Origin: an uncultured Acidobacteriota bacterium | GTDB taxonomy: Bacteria > Acidobacteriota > Vicinamibacteria > Vicinamibacterales > 2-12-FULL-66-21 | NCBI GenBank assembly: GCA_963787175.1 | Contig: CAWBCA010000012.1 | Coordinates: 5,033 to 69,032 of the forward strand | DNA length: 64,000 nt | Direction: 5' to 3' | Part shown: in pieces, positions 21,592 to 30,692 of the stretch | Position numbering within the stretch: position 1 is the stretch's first letter | How the letters are laid out: each line of letters starts with the position of its first letter | Notes under the pieces: model-generated | What the model was told of the DNA's origin: nothing | Databases searched by the model: none | What the model saw: only the letters and a program-made list of their open reading frames with translations | Position numbers and translations under genes: made by a program

Positions 21592-22439
21592 GCGAACGCT
21601 CGGCAGACATGGCATTCAGCCACGGGCGCATGCCGAACCGACACGACGGCCGGCGCTGGCCGGCCGGCAACGGACCGTTCTACCTCCCGACAGGAGAGGA
21701 GGTGGCCGTCTTCGAGCGGTGTCATGCGCGAGGCCTGCCCGTGATGCTGAAGGGGCCGACTGGCTGCGGTAAAACCAGGTTCGTCGAGCACATGGCGTGG
21801 CGGCTGGGACGGCCACTCGTGACGGTGGCCTGTCACGACGATCTCTCCGCGAGCGACCTCACCGGCCGATATCTCATCCGCGGAAGCGACACCGTCTGGA
21901 TGGATGGTCCCCTCACGCAGGCGGCACGGCTCGGTGCCATCTGCTACCTGGACGAGATCATCGAAGCCCGGTCCGACACTGTCGTCGTCATTCACCCGCT
22001 GACCGACGACCGCCGCATCCTGCCCCTGGACAAGACAGGGGAACTGGTCGACGCGGCCCCGGGGTTTCAGCTGGTCATCTCCTACAACCCCGGTTACCAG
22101 CACGGGCTGAAGGACCTCAAGCCCAGCACCCGGCAGCGCTTCGTCGCCTTGGAGTTTGGCTTCCCGGCTGCGGAGCTCGAGGCCGCCATCGTCGAGCACG
22201 AAGGGGGCGTGGAGAGGGACACGGCCGTCGCGCTCGTGAGCCTGACCAGGCGGCTGAGGAATCTCGGCGACCGGGGGCTCGCCGAGGTACCGAGCACACG
22301 GCTCATCATCGCGACCGCGCGCCTGATCGCCAGCGGCATCCCGGTGCGGTCCGCCTGCGGCGCCGCTCTCCTCGGGCCGCTCACCGACGATCCCGATCTG
22401 CTCGCAGCCATGCACGATCTGGTGACCGCGACGATGTAG
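21588..22439 (+). CDS. norQ: CbbQ/NirQ/NorQ-family AAA+ (MoxR-like) ATPase
   Basis: ATG overlaps the norB stop (ATGA at 21588-21591). Walker A GPTGCGKT, Walker B ICYLDEI, and LVISYNPGYQ. Confidence 0.9.
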   Translation: MSERSADMAFSHGRMPNRHDGRRWPAGNGPFYLPTGEEVAVFERCHARGLPVMLKGPTGCGKTRFVEHMAWRLGRPLVTVACHDDLSASDLTGRYLIRGSDTVWMDGPLTQAARLGAICYLDEIIEARSDTVVVIHPLTDDRRILPLDKTGELVDAAPGFQLVISYNPGYQHGLKDLKPSTRQRFVALEFGFPAAELEAAIVEHEGGVERDTAVALVSLTRRLRNLGDRGLAEVPSTRLIIATARLIASGIPVRSACGAALLGPLTDDPDLLAAMHDLVTATM

Positions 22440-22482
22440 CCGGTCTGGGCCCGCCGCTTCGCGGGTCCCCGCCTCCATACCC

Positions 22483-24498
22483 ATGGCCGAACCTGAGGAG
22501 CTGATCATCGAGGGCGCGCATCTCGCGACGCGCGTCGCGAGGGACGCGTGGCGGCGGTATGGACCGCCCGCGCCTGCCTCGAGTGTGTCGCTGACCTCGG
22601 TGCGGGTTCGGCTCGAACTGTTCCTGACCGCCCTCTTCGCTCGTTCCCTGAAGATCGTGGGCACCGATCCGCCGCCTCCGCAGACATGGCTGTCGCGACT
22701 CGTTCGAGGCCGCTCGCCGGAGATGGACGACGACACGCTGCGCGCCGGCACCGACGGCACCCACGTGTATCTTCCCCCGTCGCTGCCGCGGGACGGCTCC
22801 GACGAGGCGACGATGGCGTTGTATCGGCTGCTAGCCGTGCAGCAGGCATCCCGGCTCGTCCGCGGCACGCCGCAGGTGTTCGCCGGCATCGGAGTCGCCG
22901 AGGTACGGGACTGGTTTCTGCTCGCCGAGGCCGTTGCCACCGATCGCTGGATTGCGGCGCAGGTCCCCGGGCTGGCGGACACGCTGCGAATCGTGCGGGC
23001 ACGCGCGCTCACGCGGCGGACCAGGAGCGGCGCACGCGGACCGACGCGGCACCCCGTCGAAGCGCAGGTCCGTTCCATGTTGGCCGCCGATCCTGCAGCG
23101 TGTGAGTCGGAGGTCCGGAAGTGTGGCGGGCCCACGGCGTCCCTCGCCTGGGCTCGGGCCCAGCTCGCACGTCAGCCTGCACCGGGCCGGTATCAACCGA
23201 TCACACCGGTGGGGTATTGGGGCCGTATGCTGGACGCGTCGTCGATCAGGGCCTCAGGAGGGCCCGGCTGGGCCGGGCAGGCGGCCGCTCCTCGGCCGGC
23301 GCGCCCTCGCGTGTCAGAGATGCGCCGCCGGCCGCGTGCCCGTGAAGCGCCAGAGGACGAGGATGACCTGGGCACGGGCACCTGGATCATCAGGGCGGAC
23401 GAGCCTCAGGAGAGCGTGGAGGATCCGTTCGGCCTGCAGCGGCCCGTCGATCATGACGATGACGCCGATCCGGAAGGGCTCGCGGATTCGCTCGCTGATT
23501 TGCCCGAGGCACGGATGGTGCGCACGCCCGGGCAGGCCCGCGAGGTCCTGCGCAGCGGCGAGGAGATACACAGCGAAGGGGGTCCAGCACCCGCAACGAC
23601 TCGACCGCACGGCGTGGTGTACCCGGAGTGGGATTGCCGTGTTGGTCGATACCGCGAGCGCGGGGCAGTTGTGCGGGAGCGAGCGGCGGCCCTCGGAGAT
23701 GCCCGCTGGGTGGCCGCTGCCCTGACCCGGCATGCGGGGCTCGTGCGCCGCGTTCGCGCACGATTCGAGCGACTGCGTCCGCGTCCCGTACGTCTGGCGG
23801 GCCAGCCGGACGGCTCGGAGGTGGACATTGCGGCGTACGTCACGGCCCTCGCCGACGCCCGTGCCGGCACCTCGGCTGACGAGCGTATGTACATCGCGGT
23901 GCGGCCCGCACGACGTGAACTGGCTGTCGCCTTGCTGGTGGACGTCAGCGCCTCCACCGACAGCTGGGTCACCACCGATCGTCGCGTCGTCGACGTGGAA
24001 AAAGAGGCATTGCTCGTGGTCTGCGAGGCGCTCGATGCGCTGGGCGACCGTTACGGCATCTCCGCCTTTTCTGGCGAGAGCGCGGATGACGTGTCGGTGA
24101 TCTCCCTCAAAGGATTCGGCGAGCACACCGGGTTGGGCGTGAGGCGACGGATCGCGGCGCTCGACTCCGACAGGTACACGCGGATGGGTGCGCCAGTCCG
24201 ACACCTGACCGCGGCGTTGTGCCGCGAGCGGTCGCCTCGACGACTGCTCCTGATTCTCTCCGACGGCAAACCGAACGATGTCGACCTGTACGAAGGCCCA
24301 TACGGCGTTGAAGACACACGCCACGCCGTCGCGGAGGCTCGTCGGCAGGGGGTCGCTGTGTTCTGCCTGACAGTGGATCGCGAGGCGCCACGGTACGCGG
24401 GGCGCATCTTCGGGCGTGGCGGGTTCGCCGTCTTGCACCGGGCCGAAGCACTCCCCGCCGTGCTCATTGACGTGCTCCGGCACCTGGTCCGGGCCTGA
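22483..24498 (+). CDS. norD: NorD-type VWA-domain activation protein
   Basis: 671 aa. C-terminal VWA/MIDAS domain (LLVDVSASTDSW...ILSDGKPND). Located directly after norQ. Confidence 0.85.
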   Translation: MAEPEELIIEGAHLATRVARDAWRRYGPPAPASSVSLTSVRVRLELFLTALFARSLKIVGTDPPPPQTWLSRLVRGRSPEMDDDTLRAGTDGTHVYLPPSLPRDGSDEATMALYRLLAVQQASRLVRGTPQVFAGIGVAEVRDWFLLAEAVATDRWIAAQVPGLADTLRIVRARALTRRTRSGARGPTRHPVEAQVRSMLAADPAACESEVRKCGGPTASLAWARAQLARQPAPGRYQPITPVGYWGRMLDASSIRASGGPGWAGQAAAPRPARPRVSEMRRRPRAREAPEDEDDLGTGTWIIRADEPQESVEDPFGLQRPVDHDDDADPEGLADSLADLPEARMVRTPGQAREVLRSGEEIHSEGGPAPATTRPHGVVYPEWDCRVGRYRERGAVVRERAAALGDARWVAAALTRHAGLVRRVRARFERLRPRPVRLAGQPDGSEVDIAAYVTALADARAGTSADERMYIAVRPARRELAVALLVDVSASTDSWVTTDRRVVDVEKEALLVVCEALDALGDRYGISAFSGESADDVSVISLKGFGEHTGLGVRRRIAALDSDRYTRMGAPVRHLTAALCRERSPRRLLLILSDGKPNDVDLYEGPYGVEDTRHAVAEARRQGVAVFCLTVDREAPRYAGRIFGRGGFAVLHRAEALPAVLIDVLRHLVRA

Positions 24499-24678
24499 CA
24501 GGGAACCGCCCCGTGGCGGGCGGCTGCCTCTCGTCGACTTCACGGGGCTTACGGTAGTCTGCGCAAACCCTCACGAACGCACGTGCAGGGCGGCCGAGCG
24601 TAGTCTCGGCTGCGATCGGCCGATGCACGTCCGGGAAGCGCACGTCGGATACCTTCGGACAACCTTGGAGCGGTACGA

Positions 24679-25243
24679 TCACCAGCGATACAGCAGCCGC
24701 AGCCAGCCGGGGATTCGCGGTGTACGGGCGATAGAGGTAGCCCAGAAGCAGTAACTGAGCCGCAGGTCCACCTTCCCGGCGATTCGCGTCACGTCGGCGC
24801 TGGCGATCACGGAGTGCGTGCGATCGGCGTTGTCGGCGGCCCAGTTCCGGGACGGGTCGGTGAACTGCACGCCCGGATTGGCCTGGCGCGATCGGGAGAG
24901 CGCGTCGTACTCCTCGAACGAGTACCGACACCCCGACGTTCACGCGCTCGCCGCCGACGACATCGGCGCCGGCACTGTGGACCGTGTGCGTGTTGTCGCG
25001 AAGGCCAAACTCGCTCTCGAGGTAGTCATCCTTCCCGGCAGCAATCGACAGGCTGGTCGTCAGGTAAGCCGCAGGGGTGATGGAGCCGATGATCGTGACG
25101 TAGTCCCGGTCGCGGTTGGCGACGTCGAAGTGCCTCATGCCGTCCTGCTCGCCTATCGCCGTCAGCTCGGCGATCCGGTCCTTCGATGCCCTCGCCCCGC
25201 CGTTGCGCGTGCTCGTACTTGGCGCGGACCGAGATGCCGTCAC
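24679..25243 (-). other. coding signal in two frames ending in a beta-barrel-like C-terminus (...VDLRLSYCFW...LRLLYRW*)
   Basis: ORF 24464..25243 reads ...DRIAELTAIGEQDGMRHFDVANRDRDYVTIIGSITPAAYLTTSLSIAAGKDDYLESEFGL... The product continues in ORF 24679..24870 (...GVQFTDPSRNWAADN...LRLLYRW*). No own start seen. Relationship to the upstream L,D-transpeptidase is unclear. Confidence 0.3.
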
Positions 25244-26119
25244 CCGTCAGGGCCAGGAGGACGGGGGCGTACACCAGCAGCCCTGGAGTGCCGATCTCGA
25301 CTTGCGCAAACAGCGCCGCGATGTCGTCCGGGTGCAGGCGGATGCAGCCATGCGTGGCGGCGCTGTAGATGCTGGAAGTGGCGGGCGTTCCGTGTATTCC
25401 GATTGATGGGAGACTCAGGCGCAGGAAGTAGTGGCCCAGCGGATTCTCTGGACCTGGCGGCACCACCGTGACGACGCGCTTTCTCGAGCGGCGCATCTCT
25501 GCCTGAATCGAAACGGGGACGTCCCAGGTGGGGTGCGCCTCCTTGTCGGCTATGGTGAACGCACCGAGCGGTGTGGCCCAATCCCGAGTCCTACAGCGAT
25601 GCGATAGGCGGACGGGAGGGTGCCGGCGCGGCGGGAAAACAGCATGCGCTGCGGAACATTGATCACCAGCGGGACGTCGGCGAGCGCCGGGGGCACGATG
25701 TGCCGGGTGTCGATGCGCAGCACCTCTCCCTCCGTGAGCGGGGCGGCTGCCTTGCGCCCGCTGTCAGCGGTGATGGTCGACGAGTCGACACCATATCTGG
25801 CCCCGAGTTGTCGGAGGGTCTCGCCGCCGACGACCTGGTGCTTGATGACTCGTCCGACCACGAGCGACGACACGATTCCGTCTTCAGACTGCGCGAGCAC
25901 CGCTACCCTGGCTGGGGTCGCGAGTATGAGCATCAGCGGCAGAAGCCACAGTCGTGGATCCTGACCGTGCCATCTCGCGAGCGTTGGCCCATCATGAGCG
26001 CCGGTCCTGCCGTGGAGGCCGACGGACCGTGGGCCGCCACAAGCGCCCAGATTGATGTCCCGGTTCAACGGCGCCGCAGCCGCGGGGATCGATACGGTGG
26101 GCCTTTCAACGGTGTGCAT
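25026..26119 (-). pseudogene. LysM-domain L,D-transpeptidase (YkuD), frameshift as assembled
   Basis: LysM: HQVVGGETLRQLGARYGV. After ..AYRIAVG (~25580) the product continues in another frame: WATPLGAFTIADKEAHPTWDVP...GIHGTPATSSIYSAATHGCIRL (YkuD catalytic H...C). The N-terminal start (26119) is tentative. Confidence 0.75.
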
Positions 26120-26507
26120 GGCCGGTTCCAGGGCTGAACTCCGAGACTGCGACGCGACCCTTGAAGTCACCACGCCAGAGCCGTGCCACGTCCGCGCGAG
26201 ATCTGACCGGAGTGAATGCGCCGTCTCAGTGCCAGGATGCCCTTCCAACCTAGATGCGTCGGGGTATTTCTGCGCTCCGCGGGGAATATTCCCCGCCGGC
26301 GCCAGCCTGCTGCAGACGGCGGCTTGCATCACGGCTTGATTCACGTCGGGTACTCTGCGGGTACGACTGTTGCCTTTCACGCCATCGACATCTCGAAGGA
26401 GCCCAGTCGCTCGTGCCCCGGGAACCACAGAGGTACGAAGCGACCTTCAAGGGGCGTCCGAGGGCACGCTTGGGCGGATCGCTCGTTACCAGCCTGCGAG
26501 GTCTGCG

Positions 26508-26854
26508 ATGAGGGTGCTCGTGATAATCGCCGCCGTCCTCCTGCGGGGGTTAGGAGTGCCCGGTGCGGCCCGCAAGAGGCGCAGCAGCGGGTGACCGTCT
26601 CGGCGCGACGATACACGTTCACTCCCGCTCGGATCGAGGTTCGCCGGGGGACATCGTGACCGTACAGGCTCGAGACCGAGGACATCCCGCACAGCTTCAC
26701 GATCGATGCGCTGCGGATCTGCAAGAGGGTTACTCCCGGAGCGCCGGCGACCTTCGAGTTCCGAGTCGACGAAGCGGGGACATTCCCCTTCTACTGCAAT
26801 TTGATCGCGGAGGAGAGGTGCCGCAACATGCGGGGCGAGCTGGTGGTTCGCTGA
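26508..26854 (+). pseudogene. small secreted cupredoxin-domain protein, three frame breaks as assembled
   Basis: Signal MRVLVIIAAVLL.. Then QQRVTVSARRYTFTPARIEVRRG | DIVTVQ | LETEDIPHSFTIDALRICKRVTPGAPATFEFRVDEAGTFPFYCNLIAEERCRNMRGELVVR* is read across three frames. Breaks at ~26565, ~26650 (G5 run) and ~26668. Confidence 0.65.
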
Positions 26855-26993
26855 CTCGCTGCGCACACACGGTGTCGTGTATGAGCAGCTCGCGTCGGCT
26901 GCCGACGTTCAGAACGGCCGGGTGCTTCCTGTCGCGTGTGCTGACGTGACACGGGCGGGAGGGCCAATTTCAGGCTCACAAGGGAGAACCAAG

Positions 26994-27593
26994 ATGTCGC
27001 GCACCTCGTTGCTGGCATCCTTCGTCCATCTGGTCAGCGTGGCGACGCTTGCCGCTCAGTCTCCTTCATCCGGCACGCCGTGGCCGATCCGCGACGCCCC
27101 GCCGGCGTTGCACACGGTGATCTCGCGGGCGGATCTGATCATCGTGACGATGCATGAGGCCCTGCTGCGTGAGTTGCAGGAAGGACTGGCGCGCGGCGGT
27201 CCGGCCTCCGCAATCATGTCGTGCCACGTGGACGCGGTTGGTGTGAGTCAGCGGCTCGCGCGCGGCGAAGGCATTGCTGCAGGGCGGACGAGCGATCGCC
27301 TCCGCAACCCGACGAACGCGCCACGACCCTGGGCGGCGGCCTTGGTGAAGGCCAACGCCGGGCGGCGCATGCGTGATGTGGAGGGATTCGCCGTCGACCT
27401 TGGCGACAAAGTGGGTGTCCTCCGCCCGATCGCACAAACCAGCACGTGTATCAGCTGCCATGGGCCTGTCGAGCGGATGAGTCCTACGATGCGGCAGCTG
27501 TTGGCGGAGCGGTATCCGGCCGATCGCGCGGTCGGCTTCGAGGAAGGCCAGATCCGCGGCTGGTACTGGGTGGAGATGCCGAAGCCGCGCTGA
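26994..27593 (+). CDS. secreted heme-c protein (DUF3365/Tll0287-like)
   Basis: ATG at 26994 after AGGGAG. Signal peptide present. Single CISCHG heme-c motif near the C-terminus. Family name is from memory. Confidence 0.6.
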   Translation: MSRTSLLASFVHLVSVATLAAQSPSSGTPWPIRDAPPALHTVISRADLIIVTMHEALLRELQEGLARGGPASAIMSCHVDAVGVSQRLARGEGIAAGRTSDRLRNPTNAPRPWAAALVKANAGRRMRDVEGFAVDLGDKVGVLRPIAQTSTCISCHGPVERMSPTMRQLLAERYPADRAVGFEEGQIRGWYWVEMPKPR

Positions 27594-27924
27594 CAGGCAC
27601 GTTCGACTCTCGCGGCTGCGAGAGGCCGCTCGTCGCTGGCGCGGGCGTGGTCTAAGCCATTGGACCCGGCCAGCCTGTATGCGGCAGCGCGGCCGGGGCG
27701 GGCTGTTCACGAACGAACTCCCGAACATCGCCAGCTGGACCCGCCGTCTGTCACGGCGAGCCGCTACGCCGACCACGCCGACCACGCCGGGGAATCTCCC
27801 GCAGTCCGCGTCTATTTTCCCACTCGCAAACGGAAGTTGGCGGAGGAGCGCCGTCTAGGCCGGCGAGATCGGCGTCTTCAGTCGCACGACGGCTGGTGAT
27901 TCTCTTGCACTGGGTACCTGCGTC

Positions 27925-28143
27925 ATGCGCAGCGAAAGCCGCACCGAAGGCCTCGTCATGATGGCACCGGCTGCCGACGAGGATCGTGTCCTCCTTGCCG
28001 GCCCTCACTCTCGAACCAAGGAGCTTCGACTGGTACTCCAGGTCGCTGCAGAGTTCATCGGAGGGTTCCGAACGCTGCATTTCGTCGGCCCTTGTGTCAC
28101 GGTGTTCGGATCGGGGCGCTTCCCTGCCTCTCACCGCTACTAC
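27925..28143 (+). pseudogene. N-terminal fragment of a LOG/TIGR00730-family Rossmann protein
   Basis: ELRLVLQVAAEFIGGFRTLHFVGPCVTVFGSGRFPASHRYY matches the family N-terminus (..aEfveGF..l...gp.vtvFGSaR....h.yY). The fragment then stops, and the next gene starts at 28171. Confidence 0.5.
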
Positions 28144-28170
28144 GTCCGGCACATGCGAAAGGAGATCGCG

Positions 28171-28731
28171 ATGGCTCGAATCCTGATTCTCTACGGCACG
28201 ACCGAGGGACAGACTGCAAAGATCGCCAACGCCATTGCCCAATCCCTGCGCGCGCAGGGTGACGGCGTCGAGGTGGTGGCCGCCGGCGCAGGGGCACCGG
28301 ACCCCGCCGGCTTTGCGGGCGTGCTCGTCGCTGCCTCGGTTCACGGCGGTCGGTATCAAAAGCCGGTCGAGCGGTGGGTTCGAACGCACGCTCCGCAACT
28401 GGCCCGTCGGCCCACGGCGTTCGTATCCGTCAGCCTAGGGGTGCTGCAGCACGAACCAAAGGTGCAGCAGGAGGTGGCGGCGATCGTGGATCGCTTCCTG
28501 ATCGCCACCGGCTGGACGCCCGCCGTGACCAAGAGCGTGGCTGGCGCGCTGGTATACACGAGATACAACTGGATCAAGCGCTGGGTGATGCGCCGCATCG
28601 CCAAGGCTGCCGGCGGGGAGACCGACACCTCGAAAGACTATCGGTACACGGATTGGCAGCAGGTCGAGGAGCTGGCCCGAACATTCAGCAGGATGGTGCG
28701 CGAGCGGTCCGTGCAGGCACCTGCTGCGTGA
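28171..28731 (+). CDS. flavodoxin-domain protein (HemG-like)
   Basis: MARILILYGTTEGQTAKIANAIA... with GGAG upstream. ~186 aa. Confidence 0.8.
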   Translation: MARILILYGTTEGQTAKIANAIAQSLRAQGDGVEVVAAGAGAPDPAGFAGVLVAASVHGGRYQKPVERWVRTHAPQLARRPTAFVSVSLGVLQHEPKVQQEVAAIVDRFLIATGWTPAVTKSVAGALVYTRYNWIKRWVMRRIAKAAGGETDTSKDYRYTDWQQVEELARTFSRMVRERSVQAPAA

Positions 28732-29004
28732 CGAATGAGGAGCCGCGCGGGACTGGCCCGGAAGCAACGCCGCCCGTGCTGGGGCTGCGTGAACTGTGCA
28801 CGGAGTGTTGGAGTCTATCGAGATAACACCCTTTCCGTCGCCGGCAGCGTTGATCACCGGCGGACGGCGGACTCTCGCGGTGGTCATTTGCTGCACCAGA
28901 TGGTTGAGATCATCGTCCGGCTGGCAGCTGTGCACGCGGTTGCTGAGAAAACAACCGTTGACCCGAGACAAGGTGCGCTTCACGACGAGAATCGAGAGGA
29001 GGAC

Positions 29005-29745
29005 GTGGTGCGGAGATGTACGGCACAGGGGCTGGTGCGAACGCTGAAGGGCGCAGCACGACTCGTCGGCACGGGCGCCGGTGTCGCGCTGGCCGGTTAC
29101 GCTCTCTACGCGGGCCATGCGTTTCTGCGCTACGGGCGCATTCTCATACCGCCTGAGGGCGGGTCAACGGACCCGATCATGGACCGCTTCATGCCAATCT
29201 ACGACGTGGTCGAGCGGCACCACATCGAGGTCGCCGCCCCGGCGGAGGTCACGCTGGCTGCAGCAAAGGAGCAGGAGCTCACGCAGGTGCCCCTGGTCCG
29301 CGCGGTGTTCAAAGCGCGCGAGCTGGTGATGGGAAGCGACCCGGGCGAGGAACCCATGCCCGCCGGTTTGCTGGACATGACGCTCTCCATCGGATGGCGG
29401 ATTCTGCACGAGAGTTCCGGGCGGGAAGTTGTGCTGGGGGCGGTCACAGAGCCTTGGGAAGCCAACGTCATCTTCAGGGGACTGCCGCCAGAACAGTTCG
29501 CAGCCTTCTGGTCCCCGGGGCACGTCAAGATCATCTGGTCGTTACGGGCGGATCCGCTCGGCCCGAATCGGTCCGTATTCCATACGGAAACACGCGCGGT
29601 GGCGACGGACCGCACGGCGAGGACCCGGTTCCGGCGTTACTGGTCGCTTGCGTCTCCGGGGATCTGGCTGATTCGGTGGCTTTCGCTGCGCCCCCTGCAG
29701 GTCGCTGCCGAGCGTCGTCAGGCAACCGTGGGACCGCCAACGTAG
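29005..29745 (+). CDS. hypothetical protein (paralogue of the N-half of 10163..11383)
   Basis: GTG at 29005/29008 after GAGGAGGA. One N-terminal TM (GTGAGVALAGYALYAG) followed by an SRPBCC-like body. Confidence 0.55.
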   Translation: MVRRCTAQGLVRTLKGAARLVGTGAGVALAGYALYAGHAFLRYGRILIPPEGGSTDPIMDRFMPIYDVVERHHIEVAAPAEVTLAAAKEQELTQVPLVRAVFKARELVMGSDPGEEPMPAGLLDMTLSIGWRILHESSGREVVLGAVTEPWEANVIFRGLPPEQFAAFWSPGHVKIIWSLRADPLGPNRSVFHTETRAVATDRTARTRFRRYWSLASPGIWLIRWLSLRPLQVAAERRQATVGPPT

Positions 29746-29860
29746 AGCACCGCAAGGGTCAGAGCGCGACGCCGCGCGGAGCTATCCGGAAAGTGGCCCA
29801 AGTCAGGCGAAGCGGCCCTCGCGCGAGAGGATACACCACTGCGCCTCATCTAAACGTGAG

Positions 29861-30367
29861 TCATGCACAGACCGTTGCCTCGCCGACGGCGCGGGTCGTC
29901 TTAACTTCTCGAGTCTCGCGGACTGCCAGCACCGGACAATGCGCGCTGCGAATGACGCGCTCTGCCACGCTGCCGAGCACCAGGTGCGGCACCCCGCTTC
30001 GGCCGTGCGTGCTCATCACAATCAGATCCGCGAGGCACTCCCCTGCTGACGTCACGATGCCCTCAGCGGGTGCCCCGTAGGCTACGCCGGTCGTCACGGA
30101 GAGACCCCGCTCGATGAGGCGGTCAGCGATCTTCGAGAGCCGGGCCAGGCTGTCGGACGTCAGTTTCTCCCGCACGGCGCGCGCACTCGGGATGTACCAC
30201 TCCCACCCGCCTCCGGCCAGGAACGGCTCTTCGACAACGTGCAGCAGGTGAAGCGTGGCGCCGAAGGGGCTCGCGAGCGCTGCTGCATAGTCGACCGCAC
30301 GGTCGGAGGCCGGGCTGAAGTCCGTGGGAACCACAATCGTCTGAATCCGGGGGATCACGGCTGCCTC
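29861..30367 (-). CDS. universal stress protein (UspA family)
   Basis: GTG at 30367 sits 5 nt after AAGGAGG. IQTIVVPTDFSPASDRAVDYA...LHLLHVVE...DLIVMSTHGRSGVPHLVLGSVAERVIRSAHCPVLAV. Confidence 0.85.
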   Translation of the reverse strand, partial: EAAVIPRIQTIVVPTDFSPASDRAVDYAAALASPFGATLHLLHVVEEPFLAGGGWEWYIPSARAVREKLTSDSLARLSKIADRLIERGLSVTTGVAYGAPAEGIVTSAGECLADLIVMSTHGRSGVPHLVLGSVAERVIRSAHCPVLAVRETREVKTTRAVGEATVCA

Positions 30368-30436
30368 CTTTTCCGTCGAGTTCACGATGGTCAGGCGCGC
30401 TGTACGACGCGAGCTTGTCATGCGATAAACGAGGCT

Positions 30437-30451
30437 GCAATTCGTAAGCCT
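30437..30451 (-). promoter_or_regulatory. candidate sigma-54 promoter (AGGCTT-N5-TTGCA)
   Basis: Plus-strand gcaattcgtaagcct, ~75 nt upstream of usp GTG 30367. GG/GC spacing is correct, the -24 box is weak, and the -12 box is perfect. Confidence 0.4.
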
Positions 30452-30602
30452 CACTGGTCGTCCCGCTGCCAGAGCGATCGCGTGCCGGCGCGGCAGAATC
30501 ACGAGAATTTTTCCTCACGGGGGGCGAAATTCTACCCAAGGCTGCTGTCGCTCGGCTGCCCGGAAGGCACGCGTTCTCGTGCACGAGGGCAGACTTCGGG
30601 TA

Positions 30603-30618
30603 TGGCAATGACGTTGCT
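30603..30618 (+). promoter_or_regulatory. candidate sigma-54 promoter (TGGCAA-N5-TTGCT)
   Basis: tggcaatgacgttgct has one mismatch to TGGCAC-N5-TTGCW. It lies ~75 nt upstream of ppsA ATG 30693. Confidence 0.65.
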
Positions 30619-30692
30619 GTCGTCGATCAACGGTGCTGCACTCGCCTGCCCGCGCCGGGCACAGCGATTAGGCGATCAGACGAGGAACTGCC

